Source: Bifidobacterium breve (GTDB taxonomy: Bacteria; Actinomycetota; Acidimicrobiia; IMCC26256; JAENVU01). From it: a stretch of DNA of 64,000 bases. This document shows, piece after piece, positions 26,706-36,782 of the stretch. The position numbers were made by a program, and so were the translations under genes. Position 1 is the first letter of the stretch. Each line of letters begins with the position of its first letter. The stretch lies in contig CAMBEL010000002.1 in assembly GCA_945865605.1 (NCBI GenBank), forward strand, positions 24,473-88,472. The letters run 5' to 3'. The notes under the pieces are model-generated. The model worked only from the letters and a program-made list of their open reading frames with translations. It did no database searches and was not told the DNA's origin.

Positions 26706-28124
26706 TCAGAGTTGTATGACAATCATTCTTTCTTCGGTCATTTCGCGTACTGCGTAGTGCGGACCTTCCCGTGTATTACCAGAATCTCTAACACCGCCGT
26801 ATGGCATCTGATCGGTTCGGAAGGTCGGCATTTCATTCACGGTGACGCCACCGAAATCCAAGGCATGAGCCGCCCTCATCGCAGTGGCAAGGTCGCGTGT
26901 AAATATTGCGGCCTGTAATCCATATCTGGAATCATTCGAAAGCGCTATGGCGTCATCAAGGGTTGAATATGCAGCGATACCGATTACAGGACCGAAAATC
27001 TCACCCTTGCAAACTTGCATGTCTGGCAGCACGCCGGTGAGGACGGTTGGTTCCAGAACGCCACCACTGCCGGTACCTCCACAAGCGATCTTCGCTCCGC
27101 CCGCGACAGCTTCGTCAATCCACTCTGAGATGCGATCGCATTCCGACTGGTTAATGAGTGCCGAGACATCCGTCTTCTCATCGAGTGGGTCCCCGACAAT
27201 GAGCGATGTCACCTTGTCAATGATGAGTTCGACGAGAGCGTCGCAGATGCGTTCATGTGCATAGACGCGTTGTACTGAGATACATGTTTGTCCCGAGTAC
27301 CCAAATCCACCTGCAACGATTTTTGATGCTGCCAATTCAAGGTCAGCATCGTGTTCCACAATCACAGGAGCATTGTTGCCAAGTTCCAATGCAACCTTTT
27401 TCTTGGGTGCACGCGAGCGAATATCCCAGCCGACTTCGGGCGATCCAGTGAACGAAATCATCGCTATGTCGTCGTGGTCGACGATTGCCTGTCCGACAGT
27501 GGCGCCACCTCCTGTAACGACGTTGAGCCATCCCGGTGGGAGTCCACACTCATCAATCAGGATTTCCGCTAGCAATAGCGCGGTTAGTGGCGTCTGAGAA
27601 GCGGGCTTCAGTACAACCCCACAACCCGCTGCTATTGCCGGCGCGATCTTGTGCGCCACCAAGTTGAGTGGGAAGTTAAACGGACTGATTGCACCGATGA
27701 CTCCGATCGGAACGCGGATGGTAAACCCAAGTTTCCCGATTCCTGCGTCGTTGCCGTCCATAGCGATCATGTCGCCCGTCAGCGTGCGGGCCTCGACGGC
27801 GGCAAATTTGAATGTCCCGACAGCGCGAGCGGCCTCAACCCTGGCGCTTTTCAAGGGCTTCGCGGCCTCGCTCGCTATCGAGCGCGCCAATTCTTCATGG
27901 CGGGCCTCGATTCTGCACGCAGCTGCTTCGAGTATCTCGGCTCGGCGAAAGGCCGGTAGTGGGTCGCGCATCGCCGCGAGTGCAGCAGAAACTGCAGCAT
28001 TAACTTGCGCGATTCCTGCTGATGGGACTCTGCCCAGTTCTTGGGCGTTGAAAGGCGACAAGACGATTATCTCGTCACTCGTTGTGACCGTTTCAGATCC
28101 GATGCGTAATGGGACAACTGTCAT
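26706..28124 (-). CDS. NAD(P)-dependent aldehyde dehydrogenase
   Basis: ALELGNNAP (catalytic Glu block), GQTCISVQR (catalytic Cys), FTGSPEVG and EIFGPV. Confidence 0.9.
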   Translation of the reverse strand: MTVVPLRIGSETVTTSDEIIVLSPFNAQELGRVPSAGIAQVNAAVSAALAAMRDPLPAFRRAEILEAAACRIEARHEELARSIASEAAKPLKSARVEAARAVGTFKFAAVEARTLTGDMIAMDGNDAGIGKLGFTIRVPIGVIGAISPFNFPLNLVAHKIAPAIAAGCGVVLKPASQTPLTALLLAEILIDECGLPPGWLNVVTGGGATVGQAIVDHDDIAMISFTGSPEVGWDIRSRAPKKKVALELGNNAPVIVEHDADLELAASKIVAGGFGYSGQTCISVQRVYAHERICDALVELIIDKVTSLIVGDPLDEKTDVSALINQSECDRISEWIDEAVAGGAKIACGGTGSGGVLEPTVLTGVLPDMQVCKGEIFGPVIGIAAYSTLDDAIALSNDSRYGLQAAIFTRDLATAMRAAHALDFGGVTVNEMPTFRTDQMPYGGVRDSGNTREGPHYAVREMTEERMIVIQL

Positions 28125-28145
28125 CGCACAATGATGCCTGGCTGA

Positions 28146-28167
28146 GTCGCCATCTGTGGACTCGAAC
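28146..28167. repeat. tRNA-Arg T-arm-like sequence in the gap just beyond the last Tad-cluster gene
   Basis: GGACTCGAAC (28158-28167) is identical to tRNA-Arg positions 41046-41055 in the same orientation. Ungapped flank identity is 14 of 22 against 41034-41055. GACTCGAACTA (28159-28169) is the exact reverse complement of 40843-40853. Confidence 0.5.
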
Positions 28168-28186
28168 TAGCAATGGGGCGGTTGGG

Positions 28187-29176
28187 CTACTCGTTGAACA
28201 GAACAGAGTCCAGGAGTTTTTCAGCAGTGAAGGCGCCAATCGGGTCGAAACGGAAGTTCGCGAAGTCTTTAGTGAACTCCAGGTCGATCGCTGCTGGGCC
28301 CGAGCGGTTCTTCTCGATCGAGAAAATGACCTGGCTGCGGTACCGGTCCGCCCTGGCTGAGTCGAACGCCAGATGCTCCTTCGTCACTGCGGCGAACTTT
28401 TCGTTGAGGAGAATAATTAAGTCTGGTTCATGGGCAAGGGCCGTAGATCCCCGTAGGTGATGCATGCGTGCTCGACGGGACAACAAGCCGTCATGGTCAA
28501 CGGCGCTGAGAGCTACGACAGCCGTATCGAGCCTAAGGGCCATCTTTTTGAGGGCCTCAGCGATGGCGTTCGTTCGTTCGAGCTCATTGCCTACGTTGAT
28601 CGGTGGCTGGAGCTTTTGCATGTAGTCCACGAAGACAATCGAGGGCAGTGGGGTCGTGCTCGCTAGTGCCGCGATGTCGTCGAGAGTGACCGTCGCGGCT
28701 CCCGCACCAACGATCGTGAGGTTCTCTCCGTACCTCATGACGCGACCGCATGCTTCTTCGCCGAGAGGTTCGCGAGTGAGTTCATCTAGTGACGCTGCGC
28801 CAATTGCCAAGCCGGTGATCATGGCGCGCAGCCGATCGCGATCTCCAACTTCGTCGCTACGTGAGATGCTCGCCAGTTCTAAGGCGAGCAAGCGTCCGAG
28901 CACTGCCGATGGGCCATCTTCTAAGTTGACGTATACGACGGGACGACCAGCCATCGCGCTGGTGCGGGCCCACTGCAGTGCGGCGATCGTCTTGCCTGCA
29001 CCTGGCTTGCCTCCCACCAGGGTGAACTCGCCCGGATGGAAGCCGCCACCTAAAACTGTGTCGAACGGTTCGAAACCAGTGGGCCAAGGCTTGGATCGCG
29101 CGATGCTCCCTGCGTCGAGCGACTGGCCAAGCGATTCGATCGTCTGGCGAATTGTCTGTGCATTGTTGTGTTCCAC
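28187..29176 (-). CDS. RecA-superfamily ATPase resembling the DnaB helicase C-terminal domain (stand-alone)
   Basis: Walker A GGKPGAGKT and Walker B IVFVDYMQKL. DnaB-C-like blocks IAEALKKMALRLDTAVVALS, HLRGSTALAHEPDLIILL and IEKNRSGPA. The GTG start at 29176 lies 2 nt after the tadC TAA. No N-terminal helicase or primase-binding domain. Confidence 0.75.
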   Translation of the reverse strand: MEHNNAQTIRQTIESLGQSLDAGSIARSKPWPTGFEPFDTVLGGGFHPGEFTLVGGKPGAGKTIAALQWARTSAMAGRPVVYVNLEDGPSAVLGRLLALELASISRSDEVGDRDRLRAMITGLAIGAASLDELTREPLGEEACGRVMRYGENLTIVGAGAATVTLDDIAALASTTPLPSIVFVDYMQKLQPPINVGNELERTNAIAEALKKMALRLDTAVVALSAVDHDGLLSRRARMHHLRGSTALAHEPDLIILLNEKFAAVTKEHLAFDSARADRYRSQVIFSIEKNRSGPAAIDLEFTKDFANFRFDPIGAFTAEKLLDSVLFNE

Positions 29177-29178
29177 AT

Positions 29179-30096
29179 TTAACCGCCGAATCCGGTGTTG
29201 CTGAGGCGGACCACCGCTGGTCCCGCAACAACGACAAACAATGCAGGGAGAATGCACAACACAACAGGGAAAACGAGTTTTACCGGCATCTTCATTGCCA
29301 TTGCTTCCGCGCGTTGACGACGCTTATCGCGCATGTCGGCGGACTGAACGCGCAACACATGTGCAATCGGTATTCCGTATCGTTGAGCCTGCGAGAAGGC
29401 GTGGACGAAAGTTCGCAGGTCCACAACGTCTGTTCGGTGTAGTAGTTGTTCCATCGCGCGGGCGCGCGGGAGGCCCATCTGAATGTCTTGGAGCATGCGA
29501 CCAAGTTCGTTCGCTAGTGGCCCGCTGTTAGAAGCGACTTGGGCGACCGCAGCTTCGAAAGCGAGTCCTGACTCCACGCAGATCGTGATTTGGTCGAGGC
29601 TGTCTGGTAGGTCTCGTCCGATCTGGCCTTGGCGTTCACGCGCGCGGCCGTTGACGATTACGTCAAACGCGAAGAAGAGGCCTCCAGCAAGCACGGCCCA
29701 TGCGAGAAGTCGGATGACCGATGGATCTAGAGCGAACAGCAGGGCGCCGATGATGGCGCCGATGATTCCCGAGGTCACCTTTGTTGCCAACGCACGTTCG
29801 ACACCCCACTCTTGAGACATCCCGGCCAAAAGAATGCGATGTTCTAAGCGTTCTTCGAACCCTGAGGGGGTAAGGCTTCGAGCCCGATTAGCTAAGGCCA
29901 ACATTGATGGAGTGACGACGCGCTCGCTAGCGGAATCTTGGAGTTGGATTTCGCGAAGGTTGGTTGTCTCGATTGGCCCCTGTCCTAGATTCACCCGCAC
30001 CGACTTGGTGGGGGAGCGTTCGCTACCAAGTGCCCAGAATGCGAGTGGGATGGATGCCGCTATTGCTAATGCTGCGAGCCATATGAAGATCGGCAT
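29179..30096 (-). CDS. tadC: Tad platform protein TadC (T2SS-F family)
   Basis: Start set at the ATG at 30096 (MPIFIWLAALAIA...), preceded by AGGAGA. N-terminal TM, cytoplasmic T2SSF domain and C-terminal TM pair. It follows the tadB fusion. Confidence 0.8.
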   Translation of the reverse strand: MPIFIWLAALAIAASIPLAFWALGSERSPTKSVRVNLGQGPIETTNLREIQLQDSASERVVTPSMLALANRARSLTPSGFEERLEHRILLAGMSQEWGVERALATKVTSGIIGAIIGALLFALDPSVIRLLAWAVLAGGLFFAFDVIVNGRARERQGQIGRDLPDSLDQITICVESGLAFEAAVAQVASNSGPLANELGRMLQDIQMGLPRARAMEQLLHRTDVVDLRTFVHAFSQAQRYGIPIAHVLRVQSADMRDKRRQRAEAMAMKMPVKLVFPVVLCILPALFVVVAGPAVVRLSNTGFGG

Positions 30097-30106
30097 CGGA
30101 TTTCTC

Positions 30107-32011
30107 CTAAAAGACGAGTCGGGTGATGCGGCGCAACCAAAGGCCACCGAGCAACATGAGAACTCCGGCGCCAGTAAGCATCGCAATTCCCACGCTCGAA
30201 GATGTGAGTTCACCGAAATATTCGGGGTTGATGAACTGCAGAACTACGCACATGCCGAGTGGGAGGAGAAACAAAATGATGGCGGATAGGCGGCCCTCCC
30301 CACTCATCGCTGCGACCTGCCGTCGGACATGGTTCCTGTCGCGGATCGTTTTGTCGACGTTGTCGAGCACCTCGGCTAAGTCCCCGCCGACTTGACGATG
30401 GATATCGATCGCTTGAACTACCCAACGGAAGTCGTCATTGTCGACTCGGTCCACCATTGCTCGCAACGAGTCCACTAAGTCTCGGCCCATTCGAGTTTCA
30501 GTAATAACTCGGCGGAACTCCTCGGAGGTGGGCGACTCGCTTTCGGTCGCTACGGAATCGACGGCTTGTATGAGCGCGAAACCAGCGCGCAGCCCCGAGG
30601 CAATCAACGGCAATGTTTGGTCAAGTTGTTCGCCGAATTTGCGACCCCGCACCGAAGCCTTGTGGCTTATGTAGTACCTAACACCGAAGAAGGTGGAGAA
30701 GGCGATTACAAGCCCGACAATGGCATTCGTTAGCAAGTAGAACAAAGCGAACGCGATGGATGTAGCGGTGAGTTGCAACACGACGAACTCACCTGGGCGC
30801 ATTGCGATGCCTGCACGTTCTAGAGCTACGTTGAGGTGCCCGGCCTTCCCTGACTTCTCTAGCTTTTCTTGCGCGTAACGCGTAGCTCGGTCTGCTAGTT
30901 CGGAAATGTGTGAGCCATCGGCTTTGACGGCGCGGTTCGAAGTCAATTGACTCGGTTCGTCGCGGGGACGAAACATGAGTAATCCGCATACAAGGAGCCC
31001 GACGAAGAGCGCCACTAATCCGATGATGAGCATCGGCATTTTCCCGGCGAATCCTGGTTCTTCGATCGTGACTACTTTTGGTGCCGCGATTGTTACTTCG
31101 GGTGTAATGCTGTTATGAGGGGGGACCATTATTCGCGTGGAACCCGAAGCCGCTACCCCGCCTGACTTGGCGCGGATCGCGAATCCGATCGAACCACTAC
31201 CAATTGCACGGAACTCGAGGATGTATTGATTCGATAGTTCTCCTGCTATCGAGCCATAGATATTGGCTAGTGCATTCGGATCGGTTGTCTCTAGCAGTTG
31301 CCCGCTAGACGCGACAGCGAGCGCATTTAGCGCTGGTATCCCTTGTTCTGCAGTTTGGAGTAGAACTGCGTAGAACGATGCTTTCGATGCAACGAGCGCA
31401 GTTGTTGCTTGCTCGAAACTTCCAGCGCTCGCGGTGTCTTTGCCGTCGGACAGCAACACCAAAGCTGCTTTTCCGGCTCGGGCGGCGAGTTGGGAACCGG
31501 CGGTGACAGCGTCGTACAAGGCGGTTTCACCCGAAGCTTCGAGCCTTTCTATTTGGCTTGCGAGTAACTTACGATCGGCGCTGAACCCGCTAACGGTGTA
31601 CGGGGTAGACCCGAACCCGACGATCGCAACGGCGACGTCAGGCGGTAGCCCTACGAGCAATTGAATAGCAGCGGCCTTCGACGCCTCTAGCGCGGCTCCG
31701 CGCATGCTTCCTGATGTGTCGAGAACCATTACGACATCGAACGGATCCGATGGAACGCCGGTAACCCGTGCTTTACGCATTGCGCCAGATTCGCGCACCT
31801 CAAAATCGGACGCGTTTAGCACCGATCCAGAAAGTTCGGGCGGAGTAGACACGGTGATGCTGATGCGAGGAGATCTAGTTGCATCGACGCCTAGGATCGC
31901 CAAGTCTCCGTCTTCGGCTTGGGCCGTACCAGGAAATATTAGAAACGCCATTACGCAAGCGGCTATCAGTGCCACGGTTTGAGATGGGCGCGAATGCCGA
32001 GCGCGCATCAT
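30107..32011 (-). CDS. tadB: Fusion protein: secreted von Willebrand factor A domain + TadB (T2SS-F) platform domain
   Basis: Signal peptide ...FPGTAQA. VWA domain with a full MIDAS (VLDTSGSM ... GETALYD ... LLSDGKDT). Then a TM helix (MLIIGLVALFVGLLVCGLLMF), then the T2SSF domain with C-terminal TMs. ATGA overlap with tadA. Confidence 0.8.
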   Translation of the reverse strand: MMRARHSRPSQTVALIAACVMAFLIFPGTAQAEDGDLAILGVDATRSPRISITVSTPPELSGSVLNASDFEVRESGAMRKARVTGVPSDPFDVVMVLDTSGSMRGAALEASKAAAIQLLVGLPPDVAVAIVGFGSTPYTVSGFSADRKLLASQIERLEASGETALYDAVTAGSQLAARAGKAALVLLSDGKDTASAGSFEQATTALVASKASFYAVLLQTAEQGIPALNALAVASSGQLLETTDPNALANIYGSIAGELSNQYILEFRAIGSGSIGFAIRAKSGGVAASGSTRIMVPPHNSITPEVTIAAPKVVTIEEPGFAGKMPMLIIGLVALFVGLLVCGLLMFRPRDEPSQLTSNRAVKADGSHISELADRATRYAQEKLEKSGKAGHLNVALERAGIAMRPGEFVVLQLTATSIAFALFYLLTNAIVGLVIAFSTFFGVRYYISHKASVRGRKFGEQLDQTLPLIASGLRAGFALIQAVDSVATESESPTSEEFRRVITETRMGRDLVDSLRAMVDRVDNDDFRWVVQAIDIHRQVGGDLAEVLDNVDKTIRDRNHVRRQVAAMSGEGRLSAIILFLLPLGMCVVLQFINPEYFGELTSSSVGIAMLTGAGVLMLLGGLWLRRITRLVF

Positions 32012-33402
32012 TCCTTCGTTTTCCCTTTATGTGCTCTTTCTGCAATGCCGAAGCAATAGTTCGGGATCTCGATTCCTTGGTCTGCTAGGCGATCAACGAA
32101 TTGCGCCCGTAGCCCTGTTGGGGTGGCGTTGCCGAGGAAGTGGCCGTGCTCGTCTATGCCCGCCGCGTAATCGAACACGTAGAGGTCGGTGAGGGTTACG
32201 ACATCTCCCTCCATTGCGTTTACCTCGGTCAACTGCGTGACCCGTCGCGTGCCATCACGAAGGCGGCTTAGGTGAACGATGAGGTCGATCGCAGAAGCGA
32301 TCTGCTCACGAATAGCGCGTACCGGCAACTCAAGACCTGCCATGAGCACCATTGTCTCGAGGCGGGCCAGTGCGTCTCGAGGGGAGTTGCAATGCAACGT
32401 CGAGAGTGAACCCTCATGTCCCGTGTTCATCGCTTGGAGCATGTCGAGGGCCTCGCCACCCCGGACTTCGCCAACGATGATTCGATCTGGCCTCATGCGT
32501 AGGGCATTGCGTACGAGATCGCGGATCGTGATCTCGCCCTTGCCCTCGATGTTTGGTGGACGCGCCTCAAGACGGAGGACGTGTTCCTGAACGAGTCTGA
32601 GTTCGACCGCGTCTTCAATAGTGATTACACGTTCGTTCTCCGGAATGTATTGAGACAGCACATTCAAGAGTGTCGTCTTCCCGGTTCCAGTACCACCCGT
32701 GACTAGAACGTTCAACTTTCCGGACACTCCGGCAGCGAGGAGTTCACACAGTTCGGGTGTCAGCGTCGACAACCTGACCAGATCCTCATCGGAATACGCC
32801 TGCTTCGCGAACTTGCGAACCGTCAGAACGGGACCGTCCACAGCAAGCGGCGGAATTATCGCGTTCACGCGCGATCCATCCGGAAGACGTGCATCGACCA
32901 TCGGTGACGATTCGTCGATTCGACGCCCGACGCGTGAAACGATTCGATCGATTACTTGACGGAGATGTTCCGCAGAGGTGTAGCGAGATCCAGTCCTCTC
33001 GATTTTTCCGCGGCGCTCTACGTAGATGCCGTCTAGAGCGTTCACCATGATCTCGGTTACATCTGGATCGGCCAGCCATTGCTCAATCGCACCGAAACCT
33101 AGAACGTCATCGCGGATCTCCGCGACAAGACGCGCTCTTTCGCTCGAGTCGAGTGGTATATGTTCCTCTTCGATTACTCGACTGAGTTCCTGCACAACCA
33201 GCACATCGAGTTGGTCAGAGCTGAGTGAAGCGTCGTAGAGGCGCGCGCCCATTCGAGCGAACAGCGCACCTTGTGCTCTTTGCTTCAGGCGCGCAAACGG
33301 ATCCTGCACGATGGGGGTGGTGAGATCGTCAGTGGATACCCGCAACCGTCCTTGAGAGTTTTGTTCTGCCTGCGCGGCACGTAGCCGGTCACCTAATTTC
33401 AT
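32008..33402 (-). CDS. tadA: Tad secretion ATPase TadA/CpaF
   Basis: Walker [36 protein letters not shown] and [13 protein letters not shown] blocks of the T2SS-E/VirB11 family. Confidence 0.9.
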   Translation of the reverse strand: MKLGDRLRAAQAEQNSQGRLRVSTDDLTTPIVQDPFARLKQRAQGALFARMGARLYDASLSSDQLDVLVVQELSRVIEEEHIPLDSSERARLVAEIRDDVLGFGAIEQWLADPDVTEIMVNALDGIYVERRGKIERTGSRYTSAEHLRQVIDRIVSRVGRRIDESSPMVDARLPDGSRVNAIIPPLAVDGPVLTVRKFAKQAYSDEDLVRLSTLTPELCELLAAGVSGKLNVLVTGGTGTGKTTLLNVLSQYIPENERVITIEDAVELRLVQEHVLRLEARPPNIEGKGEITIRDLVRNALRMRPDRIIVGEVRGGEALDMLQAMNTGHEGSLSTLHCNSPRDALARLETMVLMAGLELPVRAIREQIASAIDLIVHLSRLRDGTRRVTQLTEVNAMEGDVVTLTDLYVFDYAAGIDEHGHFLGNATPTGLRAQFVDRLADQGIEIPNYCFGIAERAHKGKTKE

Positions 33403-34592
33403 CGTGGGTCCCGTCGTCGCCAGAATTTCGTGCTTTGGTCTTGGACTGGAGAAACAGCATGTGAGCCATTGGTGCTGAATCGGTCTAGCAATTCGACGAG
33501 CGACTTGCTCACTGACGTGCGTTGCTGCGATTCGAGAATCGGAACCCCCTGGTTCATCGAGATAGGAACGGATCGAGAACTGGGGATGAGGACGTCCATT
33601 GTGGTCCCAAGAGCGCTCTCGATATCAGAAGCACTCAACCCGACCTTCGAGTCCGCTCGGTTTTGGACGAAGTGCCGATGTTGGCTCGTGATGCCGAGGA
33701 GATCGAACGCGTCCAAGGCCTTGCGGGCACTTCGAGCGCTTGCGACATCCGTACCTGATACCAGAATGATGTCGGTCGAGCATTCGAGAGCAGCGAGAGT
33801 CCACTCGTCTAAGCCTGCTGATGTGTCGACAACGACATAGGAAAATTCGCTCGTTAGGAGTTCGATTATCTGGGTCCCGTGCTTGGGCGAGATTTGGTCT
33901 GCATCCGCGGGTGATTTAGGAGCACACAGGGCGAAAAGGTCGGCCGGATGAGGGGTAAGAAATGCTTTTACGGAGGTCGCGTTGAGTGATGTGCCAGGAA
34001 CGACGGTGTCTGAAATCGTTGAATCTGGAACCAAACGCAAAGCATTTCCTACGTCACCGAACTGCAAATCTAGGTCGATAATCACGACATCGTGCGGGTG
34101 CCGTTGCGCTAGGCCAACGGCGAGGTTCGTTGAGATAAGCGTCTTGCCCGCCCCACCCTTAGGCGAAACAATTGCGATCACTCGATTGCTGCGAGTCGGC
34201 GTCGGTGCAACGCCGTTCGACTGGCGTCTCCGTCCGACTTCCATCGCCCGCTCGAACGAATTTTGCATGGCTTCTGGCGTCGCATCGGGAGCGACTATTT
34301 CTCGGATACCAGCGCGAAGCGCGTGCTCCCAGACAGCGGACGTTGGCTGCGCCAGCAGAACGACCGCGACGTCAGGGTGGCGCCGTTCTATGGCGCCAGC
34401 GAGAGAGATAGCCGCTTCATCATCGATAGCGGGTCCGATAGCGACAACGAGTGGTCGTTCGGCGTCCATTCGGTCGAGAACGGCAGTCGGGTCATCGGAG
34501 CGAACAACGTCTCTTATGGCCGCGGCTTCTAGCGCAGCGCGCACTCGTGTTACGAGTTCTATATCGCAAGCAGTCAGGAGCAGTTCGCTCAC
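33399..34592 (-). CDS. tadZ: TadZ/CpaE-type ParA/MinD-family ATPase with an N-terminal receiver-like domain
   Basis: Deviant Walker A VSPKGGAGKT. The N-terminal roughly 120 aa have a CheY-like pattern, but no acidic phospho-acceptor follows the LVVAIGP strand. GTGA overlap with cpaB and ATGA overlap with tadA. Confidence 0.8.
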   Translation of the reverse strand: MSELLLTACDIELVTRVRAALEAAAIRDVVRSDDPTAVLDRMDAERPLVVAIGPAIDDEAAISLAGAIERRHPDVAVVLLAQPTSAVWEHALRAGIREIVAPDATPEAMQNSFERAMEVGRRRQSNGVAPTPTRSNRVIAIVSPKGGAGKTLISTNLAVGLAQRHPHDVVIIDLDLQFGDVGNALRLVPDSTISDTVVPGTSLNATSVKAFLTPHPADLFALCAPKSPADADQISPKHGTQIIELLTSEFSYVVVDTSAGLDEWTLAALECSTDIILVSGTDVASARSARKALDAFDLLGITSQHRHFVQNRADSKVGLSASDIESALGTTMDVLIPSSRSVPISMNQGVPILESQQRTSVSKSLVELLDRFSTNGSHAVSPVQDQSTKFWRRRDPR

Positions 34593-35344
34593 TGGTAGAC
34601 GTTCGTTGCGGTGACAATCCTGGTGGGTGCATCGCTGGCTGACCGAGGTTCAATCGACAGCCAAATCGATCCATATTCTGCGGCGAAGATTACGCGAGCA
34701 GATGCCATGGGATCGAGAGCGAGAGTCACTAGGAATCGGCCTGTTGGGGCTACGCCGGGTTCGACGGACTCGGAATCGCTTTCGGGCTCTTCCGTTGTGG
34801 TTTGTGTGGAGTCGCGTGACTCGATTTGCACATTGGTGATTAGCACCTTGTGCAACATCATGCTGGTTTGGAGTTCGCCAGCGTCGGGTTTGATACTGAC
34901 CGTGAGGGCGACGGTGCCGCCAGGAATGAGCGCTCCGCCTACTGCTCGCTCTGGGTCCAATGCAATGGTCGTCTGGAGAAGTCCGTCAGGAATGGCAACG
35001 ACGACGCCCTTCGCCCGGTAAACGCTAGGGGCGACGAATCGTCGTTCGACTACCTGTTCTCCCGACAAGAGGTGGACAGCGGCTACATAGTTTCCTAATG
35101 ACGAAACTTTTGTCACCGCGCCATCGGCTACAAGGTTCTTTGAGACCTTCTCCAATTTGACGCGGTCACCTAATTCCGATGCGGGCGTACCCGCAGGGAC
35201 CTCTTCCTGAACGACCAGAACCTTCACCATCTCCTGGCCTTCAAGAGCGCGATTTTCCGCGCTGTTCACGTAGGCCACAATCGCGATAGTTCCTACGAGT
35301 GCCAGTGCGATAGCACCGATAAGTCCGATCATCCTGCGTGTCAC
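34589..35344 (-). CDS. cpaB: Flp pilus assembly protein CpaB/RcpC-like (N-terminal anchor + SAF-like domain)
   Basis: N-terminal TM (IGLIGAIALALVGTIAIVAYV) and a beta-rich periplasmic-type body. Position between tadG/E and tadZ. AAGGAG upstream of the GTG start. Confidence 0.7.
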   Translation of the reverse strand: MTRRMIGLIGAIALALVGTIAIVAYVNSAENRALEGQEMVKVLVVQEEVPAGTPASELGDRVKLEKVSKNLVADGAVTKVSSLGNYVAAVHLLSGEQVVERRFVAPSVYRAKGVVVAIPDGLLQTTIALDPERAVGGALIPGGTVALTVSIKPDAGELQTSMMLHKVLITNVQIESRDSTQTTTEEPESDSESVEPGVAPTGRFLVTLALDPMASARVIFAAEYGSIWLSIEPRSASDAPTRIVTATNVYQ

Positions 35345-35366
35345 GAAAAAATCTCCTTAGTTGTAG

Positions 35367-36371
35367 TCATGCGTTTGTCCCGCAACCGCGCGAGCTTGTG
35401 TCTGGCGCGAGGGTATCGATGTCACAAATTCGTATCACCCGCGCGCCGGTATCAAGTCCAGTACCGCAACACGTTCCTTGTATCACGCCCTTCGAAAAGA
35501 TGAGGTCGAAGTAGCGGGTCGCGACCGCGCCAGTGATTTTGTACGCGACCAATTCAACGTTTACCACCGCCACGATGTGCATCGTTGCGTTTGAGCCGTT
35601 GCCTGAAATTGCGTCGAAGACCGGCAGTGCGAACGACGCACCACTCGCTGCCAAGAACGCGAGTTGGTTGCTTAGCGAACCGCTAATCGCTCCGGTGTTG
35701 CCAGGAACATTGCTACCCATCGAGACCGTGCCGGGGTAACCGCCTTCAAGCCATGTCTTGGTGTCATTGTTCGAGTTGTCGCCACCATCGAAGTCAGCAA
35801 CACCCCAGTTGCCGCTCGCATTACCGCAAGGGTTCGTCTGGGCACTCACGAATGGAATACGAATAGTTCCCGAAGTCCCTGTGGGGCCCGTAGGAAGGTT
35901 GAGCCACGCAGTCATCAGTGCGTTAGATGTAAGACAGAGCCCGATTGGGCGCAGGCCTATTGCTCCAGCGGGCTTTCCCCATTCAGCAGTTGTTGTCGAT
36001 CTGACATTCTTATTGTTGATGCCGAGCACGCCCGCGAAGGTGAAGAGGACATTCGTGGATCCGCGAACAGTCACGTAGCCACTGTCTGCCGCGTTACCGT
36101 TTTGACTGGAACACGAGTCAAGAGCAGCGCCACTCTTGTTGGCCGTCAGTAGCGTTGCCGCCGTGGTTGCGCACCCGTTCGTCCCTCGTGAATAGTCCGC
36201 GGCCGCGCCAAGCGACGCAGCATCCGTAGCTGTCACCATGTTTCGACGCGTCTGCCATAGGGATCCGGCGTCGATCACGATGGCGGCGAATGAAACAAGC
36301 ACAACTGAACACAGCGCGACGATTACCGCGACTGCACCTCGCTCGCCGGAGTATTTGCTCGTCATTCGCAT
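35367..36371 (-). CDS. TadG-like (TadE/G N-terminal domain) putative minor pilin/pilus-associated protein
   Basis: N-terminus GERGAVAVIVALCSVVLVSFAAIVIDAGSLWQTRRNMVTATDAASLGAA matches the Tad_N pattern. Gly/Asn/Thr-rich extracellular body. Confidence 0.65.
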   Translation of the reverse strand: MRMTSKYSGERGAVAVIVALCSVVLVSFAAIVIDAGSLWQTRRNMVTATDAASLGAAADYSRGTNGCATTAATLLTANKSGAALDSCSSQNGNAADSGYVTVRGSTNVLFTFAGVLGINNKNVRSTTTAEWGKPAGAIGLRPIGLCLTSNALMTAWLNLPTGPTGTSGTIRIPFVSAQTNPCGNASGNWGVADFDGGDNSNNDTKTWLEGGYPGTVSMGSNVPGNTGAISGSLSNQLAFLAASGASFALPVFDAISGNGSNATMHIVAVVNVELVAYKITGAVATRYFDLIFSKGVIQGTCCGTGLDTGARVIRICDIDTLAPDTSSRGCGTNA

Positions 36372-36775
36372 AGGAATTCGCCCCTCCCCGTCATGGTCAT
36401 CGTACCGTTGCCGAAAAGGGGTACGTCATAGGTGAATGGCGCGCTCACGGTAACCGTTACGCGCGTGCCTGGTGGCTTGAGATCACAAGGTCGTGTGTCC
36501 GCTGGCGAAACTGTAATCGTCCGCGAAGAACTGGCAGCCAGAACACCATTGAGGGCTGAGTTCACCTTCGCTGTTATATCGGTGTTTGTGGACTGAGGCA
36601 GCGCAGCGAGGCGGGCTCCCTCTCTTGCGGCCGCTTGCAAGCCCTGCTTTCGGTTGTAGCCGATGCCGAACCAAGCGATGCCAAAGATTAGGAGGATCAA
36701 AATCGGCACGACCAATGCAAACTCAACGGCGGCGGCTCCACGCTCGTCCCTGCATGCGGGCATGAGATACCTCAT
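36362..36775 (-). CDS. tadE: TadE-like pseudopilin
   Basis: ERGAAAVEFALVVPILILLIFGIAWFG is a TadE N-terminal domain with a G/AAAVEF processing-like site. Confidence 0.75.
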   Translation of the reverse strand: MRYLMPACRDERGAAAVEFALVVPILILLIFGIAWFGIGYNRKQGLQAAAREGARLAALPQSTNTDITAKVNSALNGVLAASSSRTITVSPADTRPCDLKPPGTRVTVTVSAPFTYDVPLFGNGTMTMTGRGEFLCE

Positions 36776-36782
36776 TCGCGGT

